From positions 302,972-366,971 of the forward strand of contig JAWWOW010000005.1 in assembly GCA_033851265.1 (NCBI GenBank): a stretch of DNA of 64,000 nt. Direction: 5' to 3'. Under the pieces are notes generated by a model. That model was not told the origin of the DNA. It worked only from the letters and a program-made list of their open reading frames with translations, and made no database searches. Of this stretch, positions 19,240-27,979 are shown piece after piece. Position 1 is the stretch's first letter, and each line of letters begins with the position of its first letter. The stretch is from Frankiales bacterium (GTDB lineage Bacteria > Actinomycetota > Actinomycetes > JAWWOW01). The translations under genes were made by a program, and so were the position numbers.

Positions 19240-20435
19240 GCGTCGACTTCTACAGTCCGGAGGCGTACGCCGACGGGCCGCCGCATGAGCTGTTTGCGGA
19301 GCTACGCCGCACCGAACCCGTGTGTTGGCAGGACATCCCCGGCCAGCCCGGCTACTGGTCGGTGCTCAAGCACGCGGATGTCGACCATGTGGCGCGACAT
19401 CCCACGCTGTTCTCTGCCGAGCAGGGCGGTGTGGTGTTGGAGGATCTGGACGAGGTGCGCCTCGAACAGATGCGCAACATGCTGCTGGCGATGGATCCGC
19501 CTCGTCACCGCGACTACCGCCAGCCGTTGGTGAAACGGTTCATGCCGAAGATCATGGCCGAGCTCGAGGGTCGGATCCGCACGATCACCAAGGAGATCCT
19601 GGCGGACGCTGCGGAGCAGGGTGATGTCGAGTTCGTTCATGACGTCACGTCGCATCTCCCATCGAAGGTGATTGGCGAACTGGTCGGCCTGCCGCGCGAG
19701 GACTGGGACCGCGTTCACCACCTCGCCGAGCTCATCACTCACTCGCAGGACCCTGACTACGTCACCTCCGAGGACACGGCGGGGGACGGCACGACGCAGA
19801 TGGCGATGTACGCGATCGAGTTCGCTGCACGCCGCCGTGGCGAGGAACAACGCGACGACCTCACGGATCTGCTGCTGACCCAAGAGTTCGGCGGCAAGCG
19901 CATGACCGACATCGACTACGGAATTTTCTTCGTCCAGTTGGTGACCGCCGGCAACGACACGACGCAGACCATGCTGTCGTCCGGGCTGCTTGCCCTCCTG
20001 CAACATCCCGGTCAGTTGACCCAGCTTCGCGCGGACCCCGAACTGCTTCCTCAGGCGATCGAAGAGATCCTTCGCTGGGCCAACCCACTGCATTACTTCC
20101 GTCGGACGGCCTCCGAAGACACCGAGCTCCGCGACGTACCCATCAAGGCCGGTGACAAGGTCGCGATGTACTACACGTCTGCCAACCGCGACGACGACGT
20201 CTTTGGTAACGCGCAGTCGTTCGACATCCACCGCAACCCCAACCATCACCTGAGCTTCGGGACAGCCGAGCACTTCTGTCTCGGTGCGCACCTCGCCCGG
20301 CTGGAGGGTCGTGTCTTCTTCGAGGAGTTGCTCGCGATGTTCCCGACGATTGAGCAGACCGGCGAACCGCAGCGGTTACGGTCGAACCTCAACAACGCTT
20401 TCAAGTCACTGCCGGTGAGATTGGTGTCGCGATGA
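19236..20435 (+). CDS. Cytochrome P450
   Basis: Haem-thiolate loop FGTAEHFCLGAHLAR. EILRW K-helix ExxR. AGNDTT I-helix. ATGA overlap with the fadD stop. Confidence 0.92.
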   Translation: MSVDFYSPEAYADGPPHELFAELRRTEPVCWQDIPGQPGYWSVLKHADVDHVARHPTLFSAEQGGVVLEDLDEVRLEQMRNMLLAMDPPRHRDYRQPLVKRFMPKIMAELEGRIRTITKEILADAAEQGDVEFVHDVTSHLPSKVIGELVGLPREDWDRVHHLAELITHSQDPDYVTSEDTAGDGTTQMAMYAIEFAARRRGEEQRDDLTDLLLTQEFGGKRMTDIDYGIFFVQLVTAGNDTTQTMLSSGLLALLQHPGQLTQLRADPELLPQAIEEILRWANPLHYFRRTASEDTELRDVPIKAGDKVAMYYTSANRDDDVFGNAQSFDIHRNPNHHLSFGTAEHFCLGAHLARLEGRVFFEELLAMFPTIEQTGEPQRLRSNLNNAFKSLPVRLVSR

Positions 20436-21232
20436 CGATCGTGGTGACGGGTTCGGCGTCCGGGATCGGCGCGGCAACCGCCGCGCGGTTGACTGCCGAC
20501 GGCCAGCGCGTCATCGGTGTCGATATTCACGATGCGGATGTCGTCGCTGATCTGGGCACGGCGGAGGGTCGGCGTACTGCGGTCGAGAAGGTGACTGCCG
20601 AATGCGGCGGCACCCTGAGCGGTGTCGTTGCCTGCGCTGGTCTCGGCGGCACGACCGAACGTGCTGGCTCGTTGCTCGCGTCGGTCAACTACTTCGGCGC
20701 CGTGGCGACCCTCGATGGTTTGCGCCCCTTGCTCGCCGCCAACGGCGGCGGCGCAGCGGTGGCGATCAGCTCAAACTCCACGACAATTCTGCCTAACTGG
20801 TCGACCGATCTGGCCGATGCATGTCTCGCCGGCGACGAGCCGTTGGCACGCGAACGTGCGGACGCGGTCGGAGCCAATGAGACCTACGCAGCCACGAAGG
20901 CTGCGCTTGCCCGTTGGGTGCGCCGGCAGGCGACGACCCCGGAGTGGATAGGCGCAGAAATCCGGCTGAACGCGATCGCGCCGGGACTCGTGACGACGCC
21001 GCTCAGCGACGAGATCCGCCGCGACCCAGTGCTTGGATCGGCGATCGATTCGTTTCCGATTCCGGCGGGTCGGCCCGGTCGGCCGGAGGAGATCGCGGCC
21101 TTCATCGCCTACCTGCTCAGTGACGAGGCGTCGTTCTTCGTCGGCTCGCTGTTGTTCATCGATGGCGGATCTGATGCGATGCTCCGCCCGGACGACGTGC
21201 CGCAACGGTGGGTTCTAGGGGGTCTGGACTAG
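20432..21232 (+). CDS. SDR family oxidoreductase
   Basis: TGSASGIGAATAARL Rossmann motif. YAATK catalytic Y-x3-K. Overlaps the P450 stop. Confidence 0.85.
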   Translation: MTIVVTGSASGIGAATAARLTADGQRVIGVDIHDADVVADLGTAEGRRTAVEKVTAECGGTLSGVVACAGLGGTTERAGSLLASVNYFGAVATLDGLRPLLAANGGGAAVAISSNSTTILPNWSTDLADACLAGDEPLARERADAVGANETYAATKAALARWVRRQATTPEWIGAEIRLNAIAPGLVTTPLSDEIRRDPVLGSAIDSFPIPAGRPGRPEEIAAFIAYLLSDEASFFVGSLLFIDGGSDAMLRPDDVPQRWVLGGLD

Positions 21233-22093
21233 ATGGTCGACATCAGCAGCATCGGCGTCATCGATCTGATGATCGGTTTTCCGAGCGCCGATGCGCGCAG
21301 GCATTACGACTTCATGAAGCCGCAGTTCCGTGACAAGGAATCCGGCGAGATGGAGTTCCCGGCCGAGTACATGTTCAAGGACGTGCCCAACCGGCTCGAC
21401 GACGAGGCGGATTCCATCGAGGTCACGTTGGCCGAGATGGACAAGTACGGCGTCGCCAAGGGGCTCGTCGGGTTGGGCCCAGGCATCGCCGTACGCGCAA
21501 TCAAAGAACACCCTGAGCGGTTCATTGCGGCGTTGGAGGTTGACCCCAACAAGATCACCGACACAGTGCGCAAGATTCGCGAGGCGTATGACGAGCACGG
21601 CATCAAGGCGGTTACGACGTTCCCCGCCGGGTGCAACCCGCAAGTGCCGGTCAGCGATCGGCGCTACTACCCGATCTACCAGACCTGCGTCGACCTCGAC
21701 ATACCGATCGTGTCCAACGCGGGGATCGCCGGGCCGCGGCTGCCATCCGCATGCCAGGACGTCATGCATTTCGATCAGGTCTGCTACGACTTCCCCGAGC
21801 TGCGGATCGTCATGCGGCACGGTGCAGAGCCGTGGGAGGAGCTCGCGGTCAAGCTCATGCTGAAGTGGCCGGGGCTCTACTACATGACGAGCGCATTCGC
21901 GCCCAAGTACTACCCGAAGGCTGTCATCGACTACGCGAACACCCGTGGTGCCGACAAGGTGATGTACGCCGGGTACTACCCGATGGGGCTGTCGCTCGAG
22001 CGCATCTTCGACGAGCTGCCCAATGTGCCGTTCCGCGACCACGTGTGGCCGAAGTTCCTGCGCGAGAACGCAGAGCGCGTCTTCAAGCTCTAG
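21233..22093 (+). CDS. Amidohydrolase-2 family metal-dependent hydrolase (TIM barrel)
   Basis: 286 aa. Conserved His/Asp-containing blocks (VIDLMIGFP; MRHGAEPW; HD residues). Confidence 0.8.
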   Translation: MVDISSIGVIDLMIGFPSADARRHYDFMKPQFRDKESGEMEFPAEYMFKDVPNRLDDEADSIEVTLAEMDKYGVAKGLVGLGPGIAVRAIKEHPERFIAALEVDPNKITDTVRKIREAYDEHGIKAVTTFPAGCNPQVPVSDRRYYPIYQTCVDLDIPIVSNAGIAGPRLPSACQDVMHFDQVCYDFPELRIVMRHGAEPWEELAVKLMLKWPGLYYMTSAFAPKYYPKAVIDYANTRGADKVMYAGYYPMGLSLERIFDELPNVPFRDHVWPKFLRENAERVFKL

Positions 22094-22108
22094 TCCGCAC
22101 GGGCTCGC

Positions 22109-23035
22109 TTAGCCGGCGAAGTCAGGGCTGCTGGCGCGGCGGAACGTGAACGGGTCCTGCCAGCTGAAGTCGGCCTCGAGCGTCGTGGCTTGGTTGCCGA
22201 TGATCGTGGGCAGATCCGCCGGCTGCCAGCCGTCGATCAGTCGGTCACCGTGCAGGTCGCGCACCGGTCGTTCGAGTTCGACGAGCAGTTGCAAGCTGTA
22301 GGCAATGCGACCGGTCAGTGTGTTCGGGTCGGCTGTCGCCAGTGCCAGCACCGCTTCCGCCATGGTCTCGAGCGGCTCGAACAGCGCCCCTTTGATCCAG
22401 CCGCCCTCGACGAGGTCCGGCGTGGCGATTGCTGCTTGCGGGCTGAGCGCGTTGACGGCAACGCCGGTGCCTTCGCATTCGGAGGCAACGCTCAACGTCA
22501 GTCTGTTCAGGGCGGCCTTCGATGCGCCGTACGCCGCCCCCGCCTTCGATGGCTTGTTGGTCGGGTAGGGCGGCCCGGGCGGATTCTCAGCGCAGAACGT
22601 CGTCAGGTTGACGACCCATCCCCGACCGCGCGCACGCATGCCCGGCACGACCTGCTGCATGAGTAACCACGGTGCGATGAGGTTGAGCTCGAGACGGTGC
22701 TGGATGTCGGCGTAGCTCCACTCGTCGAACGGCTGGAAGCCGTTGACAGCGGCATTGTTGACGAGGATGTCGATCGGCCCGAGCTCACCCTCGACCTGGG
22801 CGACGAGTTGGTCGCGGCCGCCGGCCGGGTCGCTCAAGTCGCACGGGGGCAACACCAGCACGGTGCCGCCGAAGCCCTCGATCTCCTCAGCCGACCGTTG
22901 CAACCCGTCGATCGAACGCGCGACGATCGCGACGCGAGCCCCTTCCGCGGCAAGCCGAATGGCGGAGACGGTGCCCGTGCCGCCACGGCTCGCACCGGTG
23001 ATGAGCGCAACTCGGTCCGTGCAGGTGTTGCCCAT
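22109..23035 (-). CDS. SDR family oxidoreductase
   Basis: LITGASRGGTG... nucleotide-binding motif. NNAAV. YGASKAALNRL (Y-x3-K). Confidence 0.85.
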   Translation of the reverse strand: MGNTCTDRVALITGASRGGTGTVSAIRLAAEGARVAIVARSIDGLQRSAEEIEGFGGTVLVLPPCDLSDPAGGRDQLVAQVEGELGPIDILVNNAAVNGFQPFDEWSYADIQHRLELNLIAPWLLMQQVVPGMRARGRGWVVNLTTFCAENPPGPPYPTNKPSKAGAAYGASKAALNRLTLSVASECEGTGVAVNALSPQAAIATPDLVEGGWIKGALFEPLETMAEAVLALATADPNTLTGRIAYSLQLLVELERPVRDLHGDRLIDGWQPADLPTIIGNQATTLEADFSWQDPFTFRRASSPDFAG

Positions 23036-23093
23036 TCATGCCCCCCTGGTCGCGCCGGGCATGATGTCAGATCGCATCGCAGGGGAGGGGTTC

Positions 23094-24296
23094 ATGCGCA
23101 GGATCGAGTACGCCGGCAGCGTGCACGACGAGGCCGAGGTCGCCGCGGTTGTCGAAGTTCTGCAAGGCCCCCCGACTGCAATGCGCATCGGCAAGAACGT
23201 GCGCGCCTTCGAGCAGGGAATCGCCGAGCTGTTCGGCAAGACGCACGGCATCATGTGCAACTCCGGGTCTTCCGCGCTCTACCTGGCGGTCGAAGCCCTC
23301 GATCTGTCTCCCGGTGACGAGGTCATCACCTCGGTCGTGACCTTCTCGACCGACGTCGCGCCTCTTGTCCGGGCCGGCTTGATCCCGGTGTTCGTTGACG
23401 TGGAGCGCGACACGTTCAACATCGACGTGGACGCGATCGAACGGATCATCTCGTCGCACACGCGCGCCGTACTGATCCCGAACCTCGTCGGTAACGCCCC
23501 GGACTGGGACCGCATCCGCGACATCGCGGACCGGCACGAGCTCGCCGTCATCGAGGACTCATGCGACGCACTCGGCTCGACGTTGCGCGGCACTCCGACC
23601 GGGACGCGCTCGGACATCAGTGTCACGAGCTTCGCGCTATCCCACATCATCACGGCGGCGGGCACCGGTGGCATGGTCTGCCTCGACGACGACGAGCTGA
23701 CGGACCGGATCCTGCTACTGCGGCGATGGGGCCGGCGGTCCGAGCCGCAGCTCTTCGGGTCACGCAAGGGCGTCGACAAGCGCTTCTTCAGCGACGTTGA
23801 CGGTCTGGAGTACGACAACTTGTTCATCTTCGATGAGGTCGGCTGGAACTTCGAACCGTCCGAGCTGTCCGCGGCGTTCGGGCTGGTGCAATTGTCCAAG
23901 CTTCCCGCGAATCTCGCTCGCCGCAAGCGGAACTTCGCAGCGCTACGCGAGCATCTCGCGGGCTACCCAGACTTCTTCGAGTTGCCGCGAACCACGGCGG
24001 AACTCAACACGGCGTGGCACATGTTCCCGTTCCTGATCCGCCCCGAGTCGGGCATCCGCCGCGGTGAGCTGCAAGAGCACATGGAACGGCACGGTGTCGA
24101 CACGCGGATGGTCTGGACCGGCAACGTCTTGCGCCAGCCGGCGTTCGCCAAGATCGAGCACCGCGCCGACCCCGCGGGTTATCCCAACGCCGATCGGGTC
24201 ATGGAGCAGGGACTCGTGCTCCCCTCGAACCACGGCATGAACGACGACGACGTCGCGTACGTGTGCGAAACCCTCGACGCGTTCCTGAACCGTTAG
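23094..24296 (+). CDS. DegT/DnrJ/EryC1/StrS family PLP-dependent aminotransferase
   Basis: ATG at 23094 after AGGGGAGGGG. N-terminal EAEVAAVVEVLQG. TSFALSHIITAAGTGGM with Lys-containing PLP region. Family-typical C-terminus. Confidence 0.85.
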   Translation: MRRIEYAGSVHDEAEVAAVVEVLQGPPTAMRIGKNVRAFEQGIAELFGKTHGIMCNSGSSALYLAVEALDLSPGDEVITSVVTFSTDVAPLVRAGLIPVFVDVERDTFNIDVDAIERIISSHTRAVLIPNLVGNAPDWDRIRDIADRHELAVIEDSCDALGSTLRGTPTGTRSDISVTSFALSHIITAAGTGGMVCLDDDELTDRILLLRRWGRRSEPQLFGSRKGVDKRFFSDVDGLEYDNLFIFDEVGWNFEPSELSAAFGLVQLSKLPANLARRKRNFAALREHLAGYPDFFELPRTTAELNTAWHMFPFLIRPESGIRRGELQEHMERHGVDTRMVWTGNVLRQPAFAKIEHRADPAGYPNADRVMEQGLVLPSNHGMNDDDVAYVCETLDAFLNR

Positions 24297-25816
24297 CGCG
24301 GTCTACGGATCCCAATACCTGTACGGCGTGATCGGATAGCGACGTCCGAGTGGGTTGATGAGTGTTGCTGTGCCGTTAGGCCCGGGAATCGTCGTCCAGC
24401 CATTGTTCTTCGTGGTGCGGTTGTGGTGGGCGCAGCCGGATCCCATGGTGTCGACGTTGGTTTACCACCGTCGGTCCATCCGTCGCGATGGTCGACGTCG
24501 TTGTCTTCGGCGGGTCTGCCGCAGCTGGGCACGAAGCATTCGCGGTCGCGGTCGACGACGTATCCGCGTTGCCGTTTCGACGCGGTCCGTCGGTCTCGGT
24601 GGAGGTCGAGCCGGTCGTCGTCGGGGCGAGTGAGCCAGCCGGTTGCCGGGTCGACGGGCAGAAGCTTGAACCGCAGATCGGCACCCGGCACGACACTGGC
24701 CCCGCCTGGTTGCGGCTCGCTCGAACCACGCTCGGTCGGACGGAGCCCGCTGTCCCAGCGACCGTCAGCGTCCTCGGGGTCGTGGTAGCGGAACGGGTCG
24801 TCATCGACGGTGTCATCGGCGTCGCGGTCGGGTTGCCCAGCGATGACCCGTCGGGCAACGGATGCGGAGATTGGGCCGTATCCCGGGATGTCTGCCGGGT
24901 CGTCGTCCTGACCCGCGGCGGTGCTCGCCTTGACGACCAGGCCCACCGTTGCCGGCACGGGACCGACCTCGGGCGGCAACGACGTTTCGCCGATGTGGGC
25001 TTTAGCGATGAGATTGCCGGCCGCCATGGCGAACACCAGCCCGACCAACGCGTCGAACCGGCCGGCGCCGATCGTGTCGACCTGGCCGCTCCTCTTCATC
25101 TGCTTGGCCCACGCGGTGAGGATGAGGAAGACCGCGACGACAGCCTCGGTCGGCCCTTCGACCCACATGCCTGACTGGCCGTCACCGACCGGGCGGGGCC
25201 GTTCGACGCGGCGCTCTCGACGGCGTTGCCGCCGGCGTTCTTCGGCGGCTTCGGGGTCGACTGCGAGGACGGCCTTTTCCACCGCGCGTCGGGTCTCGGC
25301 CCGGGTCTGCTCGGGGGCCCGGCGCAATACCGTCGCTTCGACCGTGCGCGCATTGTCGTCGGTGAGCATCCAGGTGCCGTCGGCGATTTCGAAGGCCTGC
25401 TGGTAGGAGATCCGCCCGTCTTCGAGCAGGTCCAACGTGTCGTGCAATCGCCTGCTCAGGTCGGTCGCCGCACTGATGCGGCTGTGCGCTGCAGTGTCAC
25501 CGATCCGTAGCGCGGAACCTACCTCCCAAGCGCACCACCTGTCGTCGCCGAATCTCGGAGTCGCTGCCAGCGAAGCCAGGGTCGTTTGCTGTTGGGCGTC
25601 GAGCCAGTGCCGGCATTCGTCCCACTGCTCCGCCACCCCGAGCTTCTGCTCGGGGGTGAGGAGATCCAGATCGATCTGGCTCAGGGCGGCGATGCGCGCT
25701 GGCCCCGGCCAACTCAACCCAGCCTTCAGTAGCAGTTCGCCTGCATGGGCGATCCGCTCATCAGTGGCGATGCGCCGGGCGCCGTGGTACTCGAACATAC
25801 GTTCGATTATACCCAC
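24293..25816 (-). CDS. DUF222 (REP13E12-type) protein with C-terminal HNH region that appears degenerate
   Basis: N-terminus MFEYHGARRIATDERIAHAGELLLKAGL is typical of DUF222. C-terminal CFVPSCGRPAEDNDVDHRDGWTDGGKPT matches the first half of the HNH motif. The expected N...LCRRHH continuation is only partly visible (NQRRHH) in the +1 frame. Confidence 0.75.
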   Translation of the reverse strand: MGIIERMFEYHGARRIATDERIAHAGELLLKAGLSWPGPARIAALSQIDLDLLTPEQKLGVAEQWDECRHWLDAQQQTTLASLAATPRFGDDRWCAWEVGSALRIGDTAAHSRISAATDLSRRLHDTLDLLEDGRISYQQAFEIADGTWMLTDDNARTVEATVLRRAPEQTRAETRRAVEKAVLAVDPEAAEERRRQRRRERRVERPRPVGDGQSGMWVEGPTEAVVAVFLILTAWAKQMKRSGQVDTIGAGRFDALVGLVFAMAAGNLIAKAHIGETSLPPEVGPVPATVGLVVKASTAAGQDDDPADIPGYGPISASVARRVIAGQPDRDADDTVDDDPFRYHDPEDADGRWDSGLRPTERGSSEPQPGGASVVPGADLRFKLLPVDPATGWLTRPDDDRLDLHRDRRTASKRQRGYVVDRDRECFVPSCGRPAEDNDVDHRDGWTDGGKPTSTPWDPAAPTTTAPRRTMAGRRFPGLTAQQHSSTHSDVAIRSRRTGIGIRRPR

Positions 25817-25948
25817 GACACCGACAAAAACGAGGCCCTGTAAGGAAATTTCTTGAACGAATTTCGCTTGGTGAGAACGACCAGGGCCGCTGTGTCAACT
25901 AGTCAGCCGCAACCTGTGGGCAGTTGTCTGTCGTGAAAGCCTGGCTTC

Positions 25949-26419
25949 GTGACGCCCAGCTTGGTCGCTCTTCCGTTGTTCGGCCTCGGGCTTGGCGTTG
26001 TCGGCGTCTGGCTCGTCCGAGCGCGGCCGATAGGCCGGACGGTCGTGCTCGTCGCGGCGTGCCTGCTGGCATTCCTCAGCATGGCCAGCGTTGCCGCAGC
26101 ATTTGAGGCCGCCGGAGCCCGGGGTTTGGACCCGGCAAACACCGTCTGCGACGAGCACGCGCCAGCCGGCTGGTTCGAGGCCACCCGCTCTGAGGCGCAT
26201 TTTTCTTGGCTTCCACCCAGGACGCGTTGCCACATGGTGAACGTCCGGACCGGTCAAACCGCGGCATGGGATTCAGGATTCGCGTCGATACCCGCGTTGA
26301 CCGGAGGGGCGCTTGCCGGTGGTGCTTCCCTCGCACTCGTGGCGTGGGCGTTCAGTGCGACCATTCGCTCGGCTAGGCAGCGCTTGCAGCGGGGAGGACT
26401 TGCTCCACGAACAGGTTGA
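25949..26419 (+). CDS. Hypothetical small membrane protein
   Basis: GTG-start ORF with three hydrophobic segments. Overlaps the 3' end of the convergent LLM gene by 47 nt. Coding status uncertain. Confidence 0.3.
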   Translation: MTPSLVALPLFGLGLGVVGVWLVRARPIGRTVVLVAACLLAFLSMASVAAAFEAAGARGLDPANTVCDEHAPAGWFEATRSEAHFSWLPPRTRCHMVNVRTGQTAAWDSGFASIPALTGGALAGGASLALVAWAFSATIRSARQRLQRGGLAPRTG

Positions 26420-27341
26420 GGCTCTCCCAACCTTTCTCGATCGAGATGCCGTTGCACAACGGGTGGAAGCTGAACATCCCCTTGCCGTCCTTGATGCGCT
26501 TGATGCACTCCTCCGGCGTGAGGATGTTGTAGATACCGGTCGCACGCAGTTCATCGATCGTGGATGCCTTGGTGTGCACGGCGGATGACACCTTGCCGGT
26601 CTGCCAGCCGGCGTACGTCGTCGCCTCGTCGAGGAAGCACGGGCCGATCTCGGCCCAGTCGCGCTCCGGGTCCTCCGAGACATGCACCTGCCCGTAGTCG
26701 GGTGCCGGCATGATGCAGACCGGATTGGTGCCGTGTTCCTTGCACTGTTCCTCGTAATAGGCCTGCAGCTCGGGCAGATGTGCCACGGGTTGGAACGGCA
26801 GCCCGAACCGCGCCGCGCGCCGCGCTGCAATCTTGCTCTCGCCACCGACGAACACCGGCGGATGCGGTTTCGTGTACGGCGCCGGCGTCACCGTGCCGTC
26901 GCGCCATGCGGCGAGCATCGTCTCCAAGACGTGATCCATGATCTTGCCGCGTTCGGCGAAGTCCTTGCCAAGCAGCGCGTACTCCGACGGGCGATACCCG
27001 AGCCCGGCGACCGTCATGACGCGACCGCGCGAGGCGAGGTCGACCACCGCCAGATCCTCGGCCAGCCGGAGCGGGTCATACAGCGGCGCGAGGGCTGCCG
27101 AGAGGCTGATGACGACGTTCTTCGTGCGTGCGGCGACCATGCCGGCGAGCAGGATCGGCGATGGCGTCCAGTTGTTCTCGGCGCCGTGGTGCTCGCTGAG
27201 TACGACGGACATGAAGCCGTTGTTGTCGGCGTACTCGCACATCTCGAGCATCGCGGCGTGCATGGAGGCCTGCTCCTCCGGCGAGGAGCCGGGATTGGCC
27301 ATCGTGAAGCGGATCATCGACATCAGCATGGGTTGAACCAT
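26373..27341 (-). CDS. LLM-class flavin-dependent oxidoreductase (luciferase-like monooxygenase, possibly F420-dependent)
   Basis: 322 aa with luciferase-like TIM-barrel blocks (VVLSEHHGAENNW, GLGYRPSEYALLGKDFAERG). Confidence 0.85.
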   Translation of the reverse strand: MVQPMLMSMIRFTMANPGSSPEEQASMHAAMLEMCEYADNNGFMSVVLSEHHGAENNWTPSPILLAGMVAARTKNVVISLSAALAPLYDPLRLAEDLAVVDLASRGRVMTVAGLGYRPSEYALLGKDFAERGKIMDHVLETMLAAWRDGTVTPAPYTKPHPPVFVGGESKIAARRAARFGLPFQPVAHLPELQAYYEEQCKEHGTNPVCIMPAPDYGQVHVSEDPERDWAEIGPCFLDEATTYAGWQTGKVSSAVHTKASTIDELRATGIYNILTPEECIKRIKDGKGMFSFHPLCNGISIEKGWESLNLFVEQVLPAASAA

Positions 27342-27424
27342 AGTCCTGACGCCCCGTCAGGTCTGCACCGAGTAGCCGATCTCGGGCGTTAGGGTGTCCC
27401 ACGCGACAAGCCGGGGGTGGCGTT

Positions 27425-27979
27425 TTGGTTGCCTGGATCGTGATCGCCGTCGTGGCGGCGGTTCTCATCATCGCCATCGTCGTTGGGTTCAATGCGTTGG
27501 TACGCCGCCGCAATCGGTGCGACGCCTCATGGGCCCAGGTCGACGTGCAACTCGTCAAACGCCACGACCTGATACCCAACGTCGTCGAAGCGGTGAAGGG
27601 ATACGCCGCTCACGAGCGGCAGAGCTTGCAGGCGGTGACCGAGGCTCGAAGCAGTGCGATGAGTGCTCAAGGACCCGCCGCGCGGGCCGGTGCGGAAGAC
27701 CACCTGACCGCTGCCCTTGGCGGCTTATTCGTCGTCGCCGAGAACTATCCGGCTCTCAAGGCCAGCGACAACTTCTTGGATCTGCAAGGGCAACTCGCAT
27801 CCGTTGAAGCGGGCATCGCGTACGCGCGGCAGTACTACAACGACGCTGTGCTCAGCTACCTGAATACTCGGTCGACGTTCCCGTTGCTCCTCGTCGCACA
27901 CGCGCTGCGATTCGGCCCGCGTGAGTACTTCAGAGCCGGTGCTGGTACGACGGAGCCAGTTGAGGTCTCGCTCAGTTGA
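27425..27979 (+). CDS. LemA family protein
   Basis: TTG start. N-terminal TM then the conserved LemA core (NALVRRRNRCDASWAQVDVQLVKRHDLIPNVVEAVKGYAAHE...YYNDAV). Confidence 0.8.
   Translation: MVAWIVIAVVAAVLIIAIVVGFNALVRRRNRCDASWAQVDVQLVKRHDLIPNVVEAVKGYAAHERQSLQAVTEARSSAMSAQGPAARAGAEDHLTAALGGLFVVAENYPALKASDNFLDLQGQLASVEAGIAYARQYYNDAVLSYLNTRSTFPLLLVAHALRFGPREYFRAGAGTTEPVEVSLS

Noticed and set aside
19302-20291. 329-aa minus-strand ORF antisense to the P450 gene
   Set aside because: The P450 haem-binding and ExxR motifs are on the plus strand.
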